Position numbers and translations under genes: made by a program. Shown in pieces: positions 33,206 to 46,231 of a DNA stretch of 64,000 bases; position 1 is the stretch's first letter; each line of letters begins with the position of its first letter. This stretch comes from Eledone cirrhosa. Taxonomy: Eukaryota. Location: NCBI GenBank assembly GCA_964016885.1, contig OZ024740.1, forward strand, positions 326,120,001-326,184,000, given 5' to 3'. The notes under the pieces are model-generated. The model was given only the letters and a program-made list of their open reading frames with translations, searched no databases and was not told the DNA's origin.

Positions 33206-33295
33206 TCATATATATATATATATATATATATACATTCATATATATATATATATATATTATATATACATTCATATATATATATATATATATATATA

Positions 33296-33326
<31 letters not shown>

Positions 33327-33409
33327 CATTCATATATATATATATATATATATACATTCATATATATATATATATATATATATACATTCATATATATATA
33401 TATATATAT

Positions 33410-33440
<31 letters not shown>

Positions 33441-33590
33441 CATTCATATATATATATATATATATATACATTCATATATATATATATATATATATACATT
33501 CATATATATATATATATATATATACATTCATATATATATATATATATATATACATTCATATATATATATATATTATATATATATACATTC

Positions 33591-33622
<32 letters not shown>

Positions 33623-33748
33623 CATTCATATATATATATATATATATATATACATTCATATATATATATATATATATATATACATTCATATATATATATA
33701 TATATATATATATACATTCATATATATATATATATATATATATATCAT

Positions 33749-33780
<32 letters not shown>

Positions 33781-33838
33781 CATTCATATATATATATATA
33801 TATATATACATTCATATATATATATATATATATATACA

Positions 33839-33875
<37 letters not shown>

Positions 33876-33941
33876 TCATATAATATATATATATATATAT
33901 ATATATACATTCATATATATATATATATATATATATATACA

Positions 33942-33983
<42 letters not shown>

Positions 33984-34097
33984 CATATATATATATATAT
34001 ATATACATTCATATATATATATAATATATATACATTCATATATATTCTATATATATATATATATATTCATATATATATATACATTCATATATATATA

Positions 34098-34134
<37 letters not shown>

Positions 34135-34168
34135 CATTCATATATATATATATATATATATATATACA

Positions 34169-34203
<35 letters not shown>

Positions 34204-34207
34204 TCAT

Positions 34208-34239
<32 letters not shown>

Positions 34240-34301
34240 CATTCATATATATATATATATATATATATACATTCATATATATATATATATATATATATAC
34301 A

Positions 34302-34342
<41 letters not shown>

Positions 34343-34367
34343 TCATATATATATATATATATATACA

Positions 34368-34439
<72 letters not shown>

Positions 34440-34868
34440 TCATATATATATATATAATATATATACATTCATCATATATATATATATATATATACATTCA
34501 TATATATATATATATATATATATACATTCATATATATATATATATATATATACATTCATATATATATATATATATATACATTCATATATATATATATATA
34601 TATACATTCATATATATATATATATATATATACATTCATATATATATATATATACATTCATATATATATATATATATATACATTCATATATATATATATA
34701 TATATACATTCATATATATATATATATATATATACATTCATATATATATATATATACATTATATATATATATATATATATACATTCATATATATATATAT
34801 ATATCAATACATATATATATATATATATATACATTCATATATATATATATATATATATATATACATTC

Positions 34869-34902
<34 letters not shown>

Positions 34903-34980
34903 TATATATATATATACACTCATATATATATATATATATATATATATACATTCATATATATATATATATATATATATACA

Positions 34981-35015
<35 letters not shown>

Positions 35016-35076
35016 TCATATATATATATATATATATATATACATTCATATATATATATATATATATATATATACA

Positions 35077-35115
<39 letters not shown>

Positions 35116-35117
35116 TC

Positions 35118-35152
<35 letters not shown>

Positions 35153-35297
35153 TCATATATATATATATATATAATATATATACATTCATATATATATATA
35201 CATTCATATATACATTCAATATATATATATATATATATATATATACATTCATATATATATATATATATATATATATACATTCATATATATATATACA

Positions 35298-35332
<35 letters not shown>

Positions 35333-35440
35333 TCATATATATATATATATATATATATACATTCATATATATATATATATATATATATACATTCATATAT
35401 ATATATATATATATATATATACATTCATATATATATATAC

Positions 35441-35472
<32 letters not shown>

Positions 35473-35684
35473 CATTCATATATATATATATATATATATA
35501 TATACATTCATATATATATATATATATATATACATTCATATATATATATATATATATATACATTCATATATATATATATATATTCATATATATATATATA
35601 TACATTCATATATATATATATATATATACATTCATATATATATATATATATACATTCATATATATATATATATATATATATACA

Positions 35685-35765
<81 letters not shown>

Positions 35766-35794
35766 TCATATATATATATATATATATATATACA

Positions 35795-35831
<37 letters not shown>

Positions 35832-35854
35832 TCATATATATATATATATATACA

Positions 35855-35891
<37 letters not shown>

Positions 35892-35914
35892 TCATATATA
35901 TATATATATATACA

Positions 35915-35949
<35 letters not shown>

Positions 35950-36000
35950 TCATATATATATATATATATATACATTCATATATATATATATATATATACA

Positions 36001-36034
<34 letters not shown>

Positions 36035-36260
36035 TATATATATATATACATTCATATATATATATATACATATATACATTCATATATATATATATACATA
36101 TATACATTCATATATATATATATACATATATACATTCATATATATATATATACATATATACATTCATATATATATATATACATATATACATTCATATATA
36201 TATATATATATATATATATTCATATATATATATATACATTCATATATATATATATATACA

Positions 36261-36296
<36 letters not shown>

Positions 36297-36312
36297 TATA
36301 TATATATATACA

Positions 36313-36348
<36 letters not shown>

Positions 36349-36477
36349 TATATATATATATATATTCATATATATATATATTCATATATATATATATATA
36401 TTCATATATATATATATATATTCATATATATATATTCATATATATATATATATATTCATATATATATATATACATAC

Positions 36478-36513
<36 letters not shown>

Positions 36514-36607
36514 CATTCATATATATATATATATACATTCATATATATATATACATTCATATATATATATATATATATACATTCATATATATATATATAT
36601 ATATACA

Positions 36608-36642
<35 letters not shown>

Positions 36643-36663
36643 TCATATATATATATATATACA

Positions 36664-36704
<41 letters not shown>

Positions 36705-36706
36705 TC

Positions 36707-36745
<39 letters not shown>

Positions 36746-36770
36746 TATATACATTCATATATATACATTC

Positions 36771-36809
<39 letters not shown>

Positions 36810-37013
36810 TATATACATTCATATATATATATATATATATATATACATTCATATATATATATATATATATACATTCATATATATATATATATATATATAT
36901 ATACATTCATATATATATATATATATATACATTCATATATATATATATATATACATTCATATATATATATATATATATATATATACATTCATATATATAT
37001 ATATATATATACA

Positions 37014-37072
<59 letters not shown>

Positions 37073-37112
37073 GATATTAAATAAATGGAAACTATATTTA
37101 TAAAACCATATT

Positions 37113-37178
37113 TATTTCATTATATATATTTCAGGGATATCATATTAACAATATGCTATGCCTTCCTCAGACAAAATA
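37113..37178 (-). ncRNA. Type I hammerhead motif (family C)
   Basis: Minus strand: uauuuugu CUGAGGA aggcauagcauauu-guu-aauaugauaucccu GAAA uauaua U A augaaaua. Confidence 0.75.
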
Positions 37179-37271
37179 CAATATAGACAGTTTTATAGAT
37201 AAATAGATTTGACATACCGTTCAACATCGACTTGTATTTGAAAAGTTGATTTGGCAGTATCAACTTTTCAA

Positions 37272-37408
37272 ATTATTTCTGAAGACAGCATATATATGTG
37301 ATGGTATGTATATTCTCCTTGATAGTATGTATAATTTTGTACATAGATCTTTTGAATATGCATGCCAATTCTAACACATATATGTCCTAGAAACGATCGT
37401 TAAATAAT
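37272..37408 (+). ncRNA. Type I hammerhead motif family B, diverged copy
   Basis: auuauuu CUGAAGA cagcauauauaugug...cacauauauguccua GAAA cgaucg U U aaauaau. The three substitutions at the helix II base keep pairing. Confidence 0.7.
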
Positions 37409-37944
37409 GAACTTTTTTTGTTTAATATAAGGAACTGTTTCTTTGTTTTATTCATTATTTTTTTAATATTTTATATATATATATATACATTCATATATAT
37501 ATACATACATACACATATATACATATATACAAATACACATATACATGCATATATATACACATATACATATATATACATGCATATATATATACATATACAA
37601 TATGTATAGGATTCCTTTCCCTTTGAGCACATAATTTACAGGGAATAACGCGACTCTATGGCTCCGTTAATTTATCTTCGTATATATACATATATATACA
37701 TACACACACATATATGCATACACACACATATATATATATATATATACATACACACACACATATGCATACACACACATATATGCATACACACACATATATA
37801 TACATACACACATATATACATACACACACACATATATATAGATATACATACATATATATACATATATAGAGATTCATACATACACACACACATATATATA
37901 TATACGATATTAACAAATGGAAACTATATTTATAAAACCATATT

Positions 37945-38009
37945 TATTTCATTATACATATTTCAAGGACACCAAGTTAAATTATGGTGTGCTTTCATCA
38001 GATAAAATA
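37945..38009 (-). ncRNA. Type I hammerhead motif (family C)
   Basis: Minus strand: uauuuuau CUGAUGA aagcacacca-uaauuuaacu-ugguguccuu GAAA uaugua U A augaaaua. Confidence 0.78.
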
Positions 38010-38471
38010 TAATATAGAGCAGTTTTATAAATAAATATTAACATACCCTTAAATAATGCAACCGTTACTGTTGGAAGCTCCCGGATAGTGGAGTTATATC
38101 TTTAATTATACTATTAGGTAAGTTAGTATTGGATATTTTTAAATAAGCCGTTGGGTTACGGAGAAAGAGAAAGAGGGAGAGAGAGAAGAACAAGAGAGAG
38201 AAAAAAAGAAAGAGAGAGAGAGGAGAAAGAGAAAGGAGAGAGAGCGAAAACTCTAAGTGATAGGTTGTTGAGTTATATTAACATTTGAGATGAAATGAAT
38301 AAATAAAATTAGAAATGTAAATAATCATGAATGGAAGATATAATATGATAATTTTAATCATTGTTTAAATATGATTAAATGTTTAGTTAATCAATTAAAA
38401 TATTGAGATCAATACATTAAAAATTGAGATCTATATATTAAGAAATCTATATATTATTATTAAGACTATAT

Positions 38472-41400
38472 TGTTATGAAGTTCATCTATCCTCAATATA
38501 ACTTTGTTTTATTGCATATCTTTCTTTTCTTACACATATTATTGTTATATTTCTTCAAGACTAATTACTGTTTTTATATTCTAGATATTGAATAAAAACT
38601 TGGAATTGCAATATTAGAACGCACAACAATTTAATTCAATATGATATTTGTTACAACTGTTTCGTTCCGAGACTAGACGTTTTGTGGTATTCGTTTCCAC
38701 CCTTACTCTACCTTCAAAGCTTGCTACATTCTCAATACCAATGGCTCAATTAAAAATTCCACATCCAACATTCCCAAATGACCCCACATCCGAGCAATGG
38801 CGATGGTGGCGGAAGGGTTTTGTGGATTCCCTACTCATAAACGGCATAGTCGAGGACAACCATAAATTGACCTACCTTCGTTCACAAGCTGGGGGCCGAC
38901 CTATTTAGTTTACTCGAATCTGCAGAAAACTTCAACGAAGCACTAATCACCCTGGATACTCAATTCTTAGCCCCCAGTCGTATACTCTATGCCAGACATC
39001 AACTCCTAACATGCCGCCAAAAGCAAGAAACCGTCCGAGAGTTTATTAAAAGACTCAACCTTTTAGTGGAAAAATGTAACTGTAAAGCCATCACAGCTAA
39101 AGACCACAGAGATATGTTGATCCTGGATTCACTAGTAGCAGGAGTCCAATCAGACGCTATACAAGCACGTCTCCTAGAGCTGGACGATACTCAAGCAAAC
39201 CTAAAAGACTACATAGCAATGGCAAATGCAATAGAACTATCCAGTGATTTTACTAAATCATTCAACCAAGACGTCTCTCTGAATTCATCAACACTGTCAA
39301 CTACATCCTCTCAAGAACCTACCGTAGCAGCCACAAAATCAAAACAACCTCTTCTGAAATACTTGAAAAATGTTAATTCCCAAAGTGAATTTAAATGCTT
39401 TTTTTGTGGACTTTCTAGGCATCCTAGAAATAAATGCCCAGTTAGAAAAGACATATGCTATTCTTGTGGGAAGATCGGCCACTGGCAATCAGTCTGTAAA
39501 TCTGACTGCCAAAGCAGTAAGCAAGCAGCCTCACTTATATGTTCATTAAATACCGGCAAACAGTCTAAAGCTATTCTCTGCCCGATAACTATAAAAGACA
39601 CCACACTAAAGGCCTTAATCGATCCTGGTTCCACAGATTCGTTTATACGTCATAGCATAGCAACTGAATTAAACTTGAGCGTAAAACAAGAAAAACGGGC
39701 AATCACACTAGCCGACAATAAAATATTAATGACGACTGGTACTACATCCATACCAATATGTATCTACAGCGAGGAATACTCTGTGAACCTAATCACTGCA
39801 AAAAGTCTTGTCGCAGACGTCATTATCGGAATGGATGTCCTCACCCAGCATAGCTCTATTATTCTCCACCTTGGCGGTGCCCGGCTTCCCATGAAATTTT
39901 CAAATCAACTATGCTGTACCTTTCCGACAATAGAAGTTAATCCGCCTCTTGTCTTCCACGATTTAGCCGAGACAAATATCAAGCCGATTGCCACTAAGGG
40001 ACGTTTCATTAACAAGAGAGACGACAATTTTATTAAGTCCGAAATAACTCGCCTCATAGAAGCCGGTATCATTGAGGAATCAATTTCACCTTGGCGAGCT
40101 CAGTGCTTCATAGTACACGGAAAGAAACCTCGACTCGTGGTAGACTACTCCCAGACAATTAATAAGTATACACAATTGGATGTCTATCCATCCCCCGACA
40201 TTGAGGATGTTGTTGACAAAGTGGCACAGGATAAATATTTTTCAGAATTCGACCTCAAATCAGCGTATCACCAAGTACCTTTAAGAAAAATCGACAAACC
40301 TCTAACGGCATTTCAGGCTAATCACAAACTCTACCACTTCTGCCGCTTACCCTTCGGCGTGACTAACGCTGTACCTGTTTTTCAGAGAATTATGGATCAA
40401 GTTATAGAGAAATATAACTTACTCAAAACCTATGCCTATATTGACAACGTCATAGTCACGGGAAATACCAAAGCTGAACATGATAGAAATGTGGAAGCAT
40501 TCTTAAACGCTGTGAAGACAGAAAACCTAACTCTTAACTCGGATAAGAGTAAACTCTGCCAAACGAGTATATCTATACTAGGTTATAACATTCAGAACGG
40601 AGTAAAGAAACCCGATAAGGAACGCATCAAAACTCTACTAGACTACCCAATCCCAACAAACAAACAACAACTGAAACGATTCCTTGGATTCCTAGCCTAT
40701 AATACTAGGTGGATTGCCGATTACTCGAAGAAAATCCAACCACTATTACAAGCTGACTCGTTCCCGCTGAATAAAGTAGCTACAGATGTAATACAAGCCA
40801 TGAAAGCAGATATCTCTAATGCCGCTCTTAGCATTCCTCTTAAAACTGGCCACGCATTGGTAATAGAAACAGATGCGTCTGGCGATGCAATCGGAGCTAT
40901 ACTTTCTCAAAACGAACGGCCCGTGGCCTTCCTGTCGAGAACACTTACACCGTCCGAGAAAAGACAATCAACTGTGGAGCGAGAAGCTATGGCTATTATT
41001 GAAGCTGTACGGAGATGGTCGCAATACGTGAAGTGTTTTCATACGATTATACGGACTGACCAAAAATCAGTAGCCTTCATTTTCTCGAGTAATAAATCAC
41101 GAATCAAAAATGATAAAATATCTCGCTGGTGTTTAGAACTATCAGAGCATCAATTTGACATTGACTACAAACCCGGCTACCTCAACACCCAAGCCGATTG
41201 TCTTTCAAGAATCGCTGCAGCTATATCGCCACTCTGTGATTTAAAAGTACTCCACGACCAACTAGCACACCCAGGAGTAACTAGATTTTACGATTATATC
41301 CGACGCCATAACCTGCCCTTTTCCGTAGACGAAATCCGCGACATCGTCAAAAACTGCGTATCATGTTTGGAGTGCAAGCCAAAATTTTTCAAGCCTCCAT

Positions 41401-42518
41401 CTGCTAAACTCATTAAGTCAACAAGGCCGTTCGAACGTCTGTCAATCGATATCGTTGGACCAAAACCAAAATCTTCAAAAGCAGGAAACCTATACTTATT
41501 GACTGCAGTAGACGAATTCAGCAGATTCCCTTTTGCTTTCGGTATGCGTGACATCACCTCAAACACTGTCATTAACTGTCTCAAACAAATCTTCTCAATA
41601 TGCAGAGCTCCCTCATTCATACACTCCGATCGAGGAACTCAGTTTCTCTTCAAAGAATTCGATCATTTCTGCTTGTCCAATGGTATATCCCACACGCGCA
41701 CTTCGCCGTACCATCCACAAGGAAATGGCCAAAACGAACGCTACAACGGAGTCCTCTGGAAAGGAATTCAATGCATAATTAACTCGCGCAAACTTAAAGA
41801 AACTAAGTGGGAAGATATCATACCAGAAGTTCTTGCTTCGCAACGATCACTTCTCTGTACAGCGACTAATGAGACACCCCATAACCGCATATTTAGATTC
41901 GATCGAAAGGGTTCCTTAGGATTTTCCCTACCAGATTGGCTTAGAGTTGGAAACGACGCCTATATTAGAAACTTTATTCGTACAAAGAACGACCCATTAG
42001 TGAATAAAGTTATTATCGAACAGATGGTGAATGCTAATTTCGCGGTTGTCAGATATCAAAATGGAAGATCTAGTACAGTCTCAACAGCAGACCTCTCCCC
42101 TGGCCCAATTAATTGTCAAAATAATGACAATCAATCCATCCAAGAAAACAGTTCGATTAGCAGTCCTGCTGATATGCCGAGACCACTTAACATCGACCAC
42201 AGTAACCATCTACTCTTAGATGAAACCGTGATTGATTTAAATCCCGTTGCAAATAGCACCGCAAGTTCCTGTTGACCCCGTGAGACGAAGCAATCGTATA
42301 CGCGTAGCCTCCAAGCGCTATATTGAAGAACAATAAAATCGGCGAAGAATGTTATGAAGTTCATCTATGCTCAATATAACTTTGTTTTATTGCATATCTT
42401 TCTTTTCTTACAAATATTATTGTTATATTTCTTCAAGACTAATTACTGTTTTTATTCTAGATATTGAATAAAAGCTTGGAATTGGAGCTTTAGTTTTGCA
42501 ATATTAGAACGCACAACA
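38472..42518 (+). mobile_element. Ty3/Gypsy LTR retrotransposon (Mag-like double zinc-knuckle gag), full length
   Basis: LTRs at 38472-38628 and 42350-42518 (TGTT...AACA), 5-bp TSD TATAT, purine tract ggcgaagaa before the 3' LTR, domain order PR-RT-RH-IN. Confidence 0.95.
38741..42275 (+). CDS. Gag-Pol polyprotein with one frameshift in a G5 run at ~38891-38895
   Basis: MAQLKIPHP...RSQAG, then (other frame) ADLFSLLES...YARHQLLTCRQ joins ORF 39066-42275. It contains two Cys/His knuckles, protease LIDPGS, RT (DLKSAYHQ, LPFG, YIDN), RNase H (ETDAS, EREA, TDQ, ADCLSR) and integrase (HHCC, IDIVGP, HSDRG, GQNER). Confidence 0.9.
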
Positions 42519-43558
42519 TATATATTATTAAAAATCTATATATTATTATATATTAGAAGAATATAACACATATACACACGCAAATATACATACATATAAA
42601 TATATATACACACGTATAAACATATATACATATCTATCTACGTATATAATATATATATACAAAATATAAAGGACTTCTTAATTTAAGATATAGGAATCTT
42701 ATAAAATCAGAGAAAATCATTTCTATGTAATATCAAAGCAGCGTGAAGGAAAATTACGTTTTATAGTTATATAAATGTTACAATTGTTAAGATATTAAAG
42801 GAAATTTTATGTTATACACACTTTATGTTATTATACAATTTTTTTAAATATATAAGTTTCATATTTCATAAGATTACCTGTTATGTAGTTATGACCGTTA
42901 TTATATATGTTTATTTGTCACGAACCTTAGGATAATCCTTATAAATAAGTGCAATCGAATTGTATACATATACACACAATTCACACATATACATACATAG
43001 ACGTACCCACACAAATAGATAGATATGCATCACATATATATATACATACAGATACACATACACACATAAATATATGTACATGTATATCAATACACACATA
43101 CACATACATATATATACACACATATAGAGAGAGAAATAGATATATAAATACAGTACATATTATAATTGAAGTACATAAAATACAAAAGAATTATATTACG
43201 ATTTGGAAATATAATTATAAGCAATATAACTTTAAAACAATATAACTTTAAAAATATTATAGAATATTTCAAGTTATAATTTTAAAATAATAATATGTTT
43301 AATAAATTTAGTATAGAAATTTTCTACGTATATTTAACTTAATTTTATATCCATAAGAGAAAGAAAAAGAAACTTTCAAAAAATATTTTCCCCTTTTAAG
43401 AGGTTTCAGTATATTTCTCTAGAAGAGTTTATTATATTTATTTATATTTAGGAAGAAAAGTTTTTTTACTTGAGTGTATAAGCAGTAAAAAAATGAAGGA
43501 ATCTAATGATTTATCGATAGGTTCAATATATTAATAGAATTAATTAATTAATTATATA

Positions 43559-44009
43559 TTACATTTTAAATTTATATTTAAACGTTGAGTTCAATCTATG
43601 TCTACAGCAACTGAATAAATTGTTCCTTAGGTTCAGGGAATTTTTGGTCTTTAATATAAAGAATATTTCCTCTATACAAAGATCACAATGTTCTGAAGAG
43701 GAGTTAAAAGGAGTAGCTTTTGAAATAATATTCCAAATCAACGAATATTCAACGTTCTTTACTTTGAGGTCCCATAATAAGCTAGATAGAGAAGTTGAAG
43801 ATTTTTTATTTGGATTCGTAAAAAAATTTTTGATTATTGAAACGGGATTTAAACTCTGTGGAAGTGGATCCCACATAATTAAATGAATTTAAATTAGTTT
43901 TTACATTACAATTATATACTATATTTTTAGCTAAGCAATTGTTATTTAACAATAAAGATTTTATTAAACAATTAATAGAAAAATCAGACTCTTTTATAAG
44001 AAGAATCAT
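43559..44009 (-). pseudogene. Penelope-like element C-terminal GIY-YIG endonuclease fragment, frameshifted
   Basis: CLAKNIVYNCNV...YVGSTSTEFKSRFNNQ, frameshift, then TSLSSLLWDLK...IWNII...CDLCIEE...LNLRNNLFSCCRH. This matches the PLE GIY-YIG pattern ending in CRH. Confidence 0.85.
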
Positions 44010-44732
44010 GTGCTCAAAGGAGAAGAAATCCTGAGCTCTTTAAATACAATATGTTGAAAAGGTAACACACAAGAGATAGATATACAGTGCGCTATCAATA
44101 AAACAGGGAAAAAACCACCAGTGTATGGAATCTATAACCTATGAAAGGCAGACTATAGACACGAGAATTAAAGATATAAATTAAAGCGTAAATAAATACC
44201 TCTATAACTATATAACACACGTACAAATCCAAAGAGATCTATTTCGCCAGTAAGTTGTTGACAGAAATGGAATAACCCCGTTTCCTCAGCCTCAGACAAC
44301 ACTAAGAGAATTTTGGCGCCAAACTTTTCCTTTTGAAAGAAAAATGGCGCCAAACTTTTCCTTTTGAAAGAATAATGTGATTTGTCACGTGATTGTGTTC
44401 ACGTGATATTACCTCTAAATATGTGAATACGTACACAGCATTCTCCCCACGAAGGGCGGGAGTGGCGATCGCAAACATATATACATATACACACAAACAC
44501 ACCACATATATATATATATATATATATATACACGCACAAACACACACATACAATAACAACGAGTACTACGATTCTGGAGGAGCGAATGATGGAGAAGATG
44601 AAACTCTCTGCCGCAGAATAAATGGTATATATATATATATATATATATTTCTTAATTGAATTGATTATCATTATCGTTTTTATGGCAAAAGATAGACAGA
44701 GGGGGAAAGAGATAGACAGAGGGAAAGATTTT

Positions 44733-44768
<36 letters not shown>

Positions 44769-44808
44769 TTTTGCGAGGTGTTTTATATGAAATCGTGTGT
44801 CGAAACAA

Positions 44809-45051
44809 ATATTGTTATACTTGGGGAGGGTCATATTTGTGTAATATTGCCAGAATTAATAACAGAACACACTCACTGTTTGGTTGGTTTTCGCTTTTCG
44901 CTTCTGTGTCTTTTATATCGGTAATCTAATTTATTCATTAATAAATTAGATTACCGATATAAAAGACACAGAAGCGAAAACCAACCAAACAGTGAGTGTG
45001 TTCTGTTATTAATTCTGGCAATATTACACAAATATGACCCTCCCCAAGTAT

Positions 45052-45059
<8 letters not shown>
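44809..45059. repeat. ~250-bp palindrome between (TA)n tracts
   Basis: Arms 44809-44935 and 44940-45059 with loop catt. There is one 7-bp duplication in the left arm. Confidence 0.9.
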
Positions 45060-45090
<31 letters not shown>

Positions 45091-45282
45091 AGAAAGAAGA
45101 GAAAAAAACGAGACCCTTAGAAACGAATAAGAGTCATCAAAGCGATCATATGTATTGCTTTAAACTGTAATGCGAAGGGATACACTAGTATTTGAGGTAC
45201 CATTGTTTGGGATTTTAACCCTCGGACTTTTCCCTCCCGGTTTTGAAATGTAGGGGTGACTGGGAATATTACATAATGTAGG

Positions 45283-46062
45283 TGTAACGGAATATTATGT
45301 GTGGTTGTAACAATAAGTGGATGGATGGATGTAACTGTTGGTATGGTGGTTTCGATGTAAAGAAAAATACCAGGATGGTGTTGTTACAAAGTTTATTTTA
45401 TTATAACAATATTCAATTTGAATATTGAATGATAAAATCAATGACACAAAATATTCATACAATAATTTGCTGGCTCTTCGAGCCACGTAAATTCAAGTAT
45501 CACAGAATACGATTATAATACGTGTAAACAGAAATGAATGGTGCGTGTACAAATGCTGAACTCACTATGAATGCGTGTGTGCTTGTATTGCAGGAGTCAG
45601 CGATCAGCCAGGAAGGTGAGAATAAGTGGCAGACTGGTTTTTCGTGACGAGAGCTTGTAAATGCGACTTGTCTTGTCTGTATATCACTTCTTTTCTATTC
45701 GAGGCGTAAACAATCCCTTTATTTATAAGAGTTGAAGTTAGAAGGATAGATATATCCTCTGAACTTTGGTTAGTCTCCCAAGGGATTAGTTTACCAAGCG
45801 TAAACAAGTCTTAAAGATGGATATATTCTCTGAGCTATTTTCTGTCAGGCGTAAACACCTCTGACCTGTGTTTAGCCTCTCCCAAGGGGTTAATCTCTTG
45901 AGCGTAAACAAGTTACCGCGGCTTGTCCCAGAGGCGGGAAAGCTCAGATTCGGTTTCGAATCTTCGCCGCCGTTATATAGGGATTTTCTTTTCCTTTTCT
46001 ATCATTTCTTATTTATGTATTTATATATTTATTTATCTACTCTCGTGATTGATATTCCGACA
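45283..46062. mobile_element. Possible solo LTR
   Basis: Termini tgtaacggaatat...atattccgaca (TG..CA, short inverted ends) and internal repeats gcgtaaaca. No clean TSD. Confidence 0.35.
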
Positions 46063-46152
46063 AATGTTAGGGGTGTATTTTGGTTTTTTATTATGTCAGG
46101 TATAGCATCCAAAAATTTCTCCCTTCCCCCAATATATATATATATATACAAA

Positions 46153-46231
46153 CACAGTGTCCCAAAAAATGTATACACACTTCAACAGCAAAGTAATCAA
46201 AGTGTGTATATATTTTGGAGGGGACACCGTG
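46153..46231. mobile_element. Tiny Tc1/mariner-type MITE
   Basis: TIRs cagtgtcccaaaaaatgtatacacactt / aagtgtgtatatattttggagggacaccg in a TA context. Confidence 0.55.

Larger units (their letters stand above)
24662..37070. repeat. (TA)n-CATTCA compound micro/minisatellite array, interrupted by two palindromic elements
   Basis: The unit (ta)n-cattca is repeated hundreds of times. Confidence 0.95.

Noticed and set aside
40746-42364. Short alternative-frame and antisense ORFs within the Gypsy pol
   Set aside because: They are shadow ORFs of the polyprotein.
44228-44295. Possible minus-strand hammerhead (CUGAGGA...GAAA uaga UC)
   Set aside because: Helices I and II pair poorly, so it is at best a heavily decayed copy.
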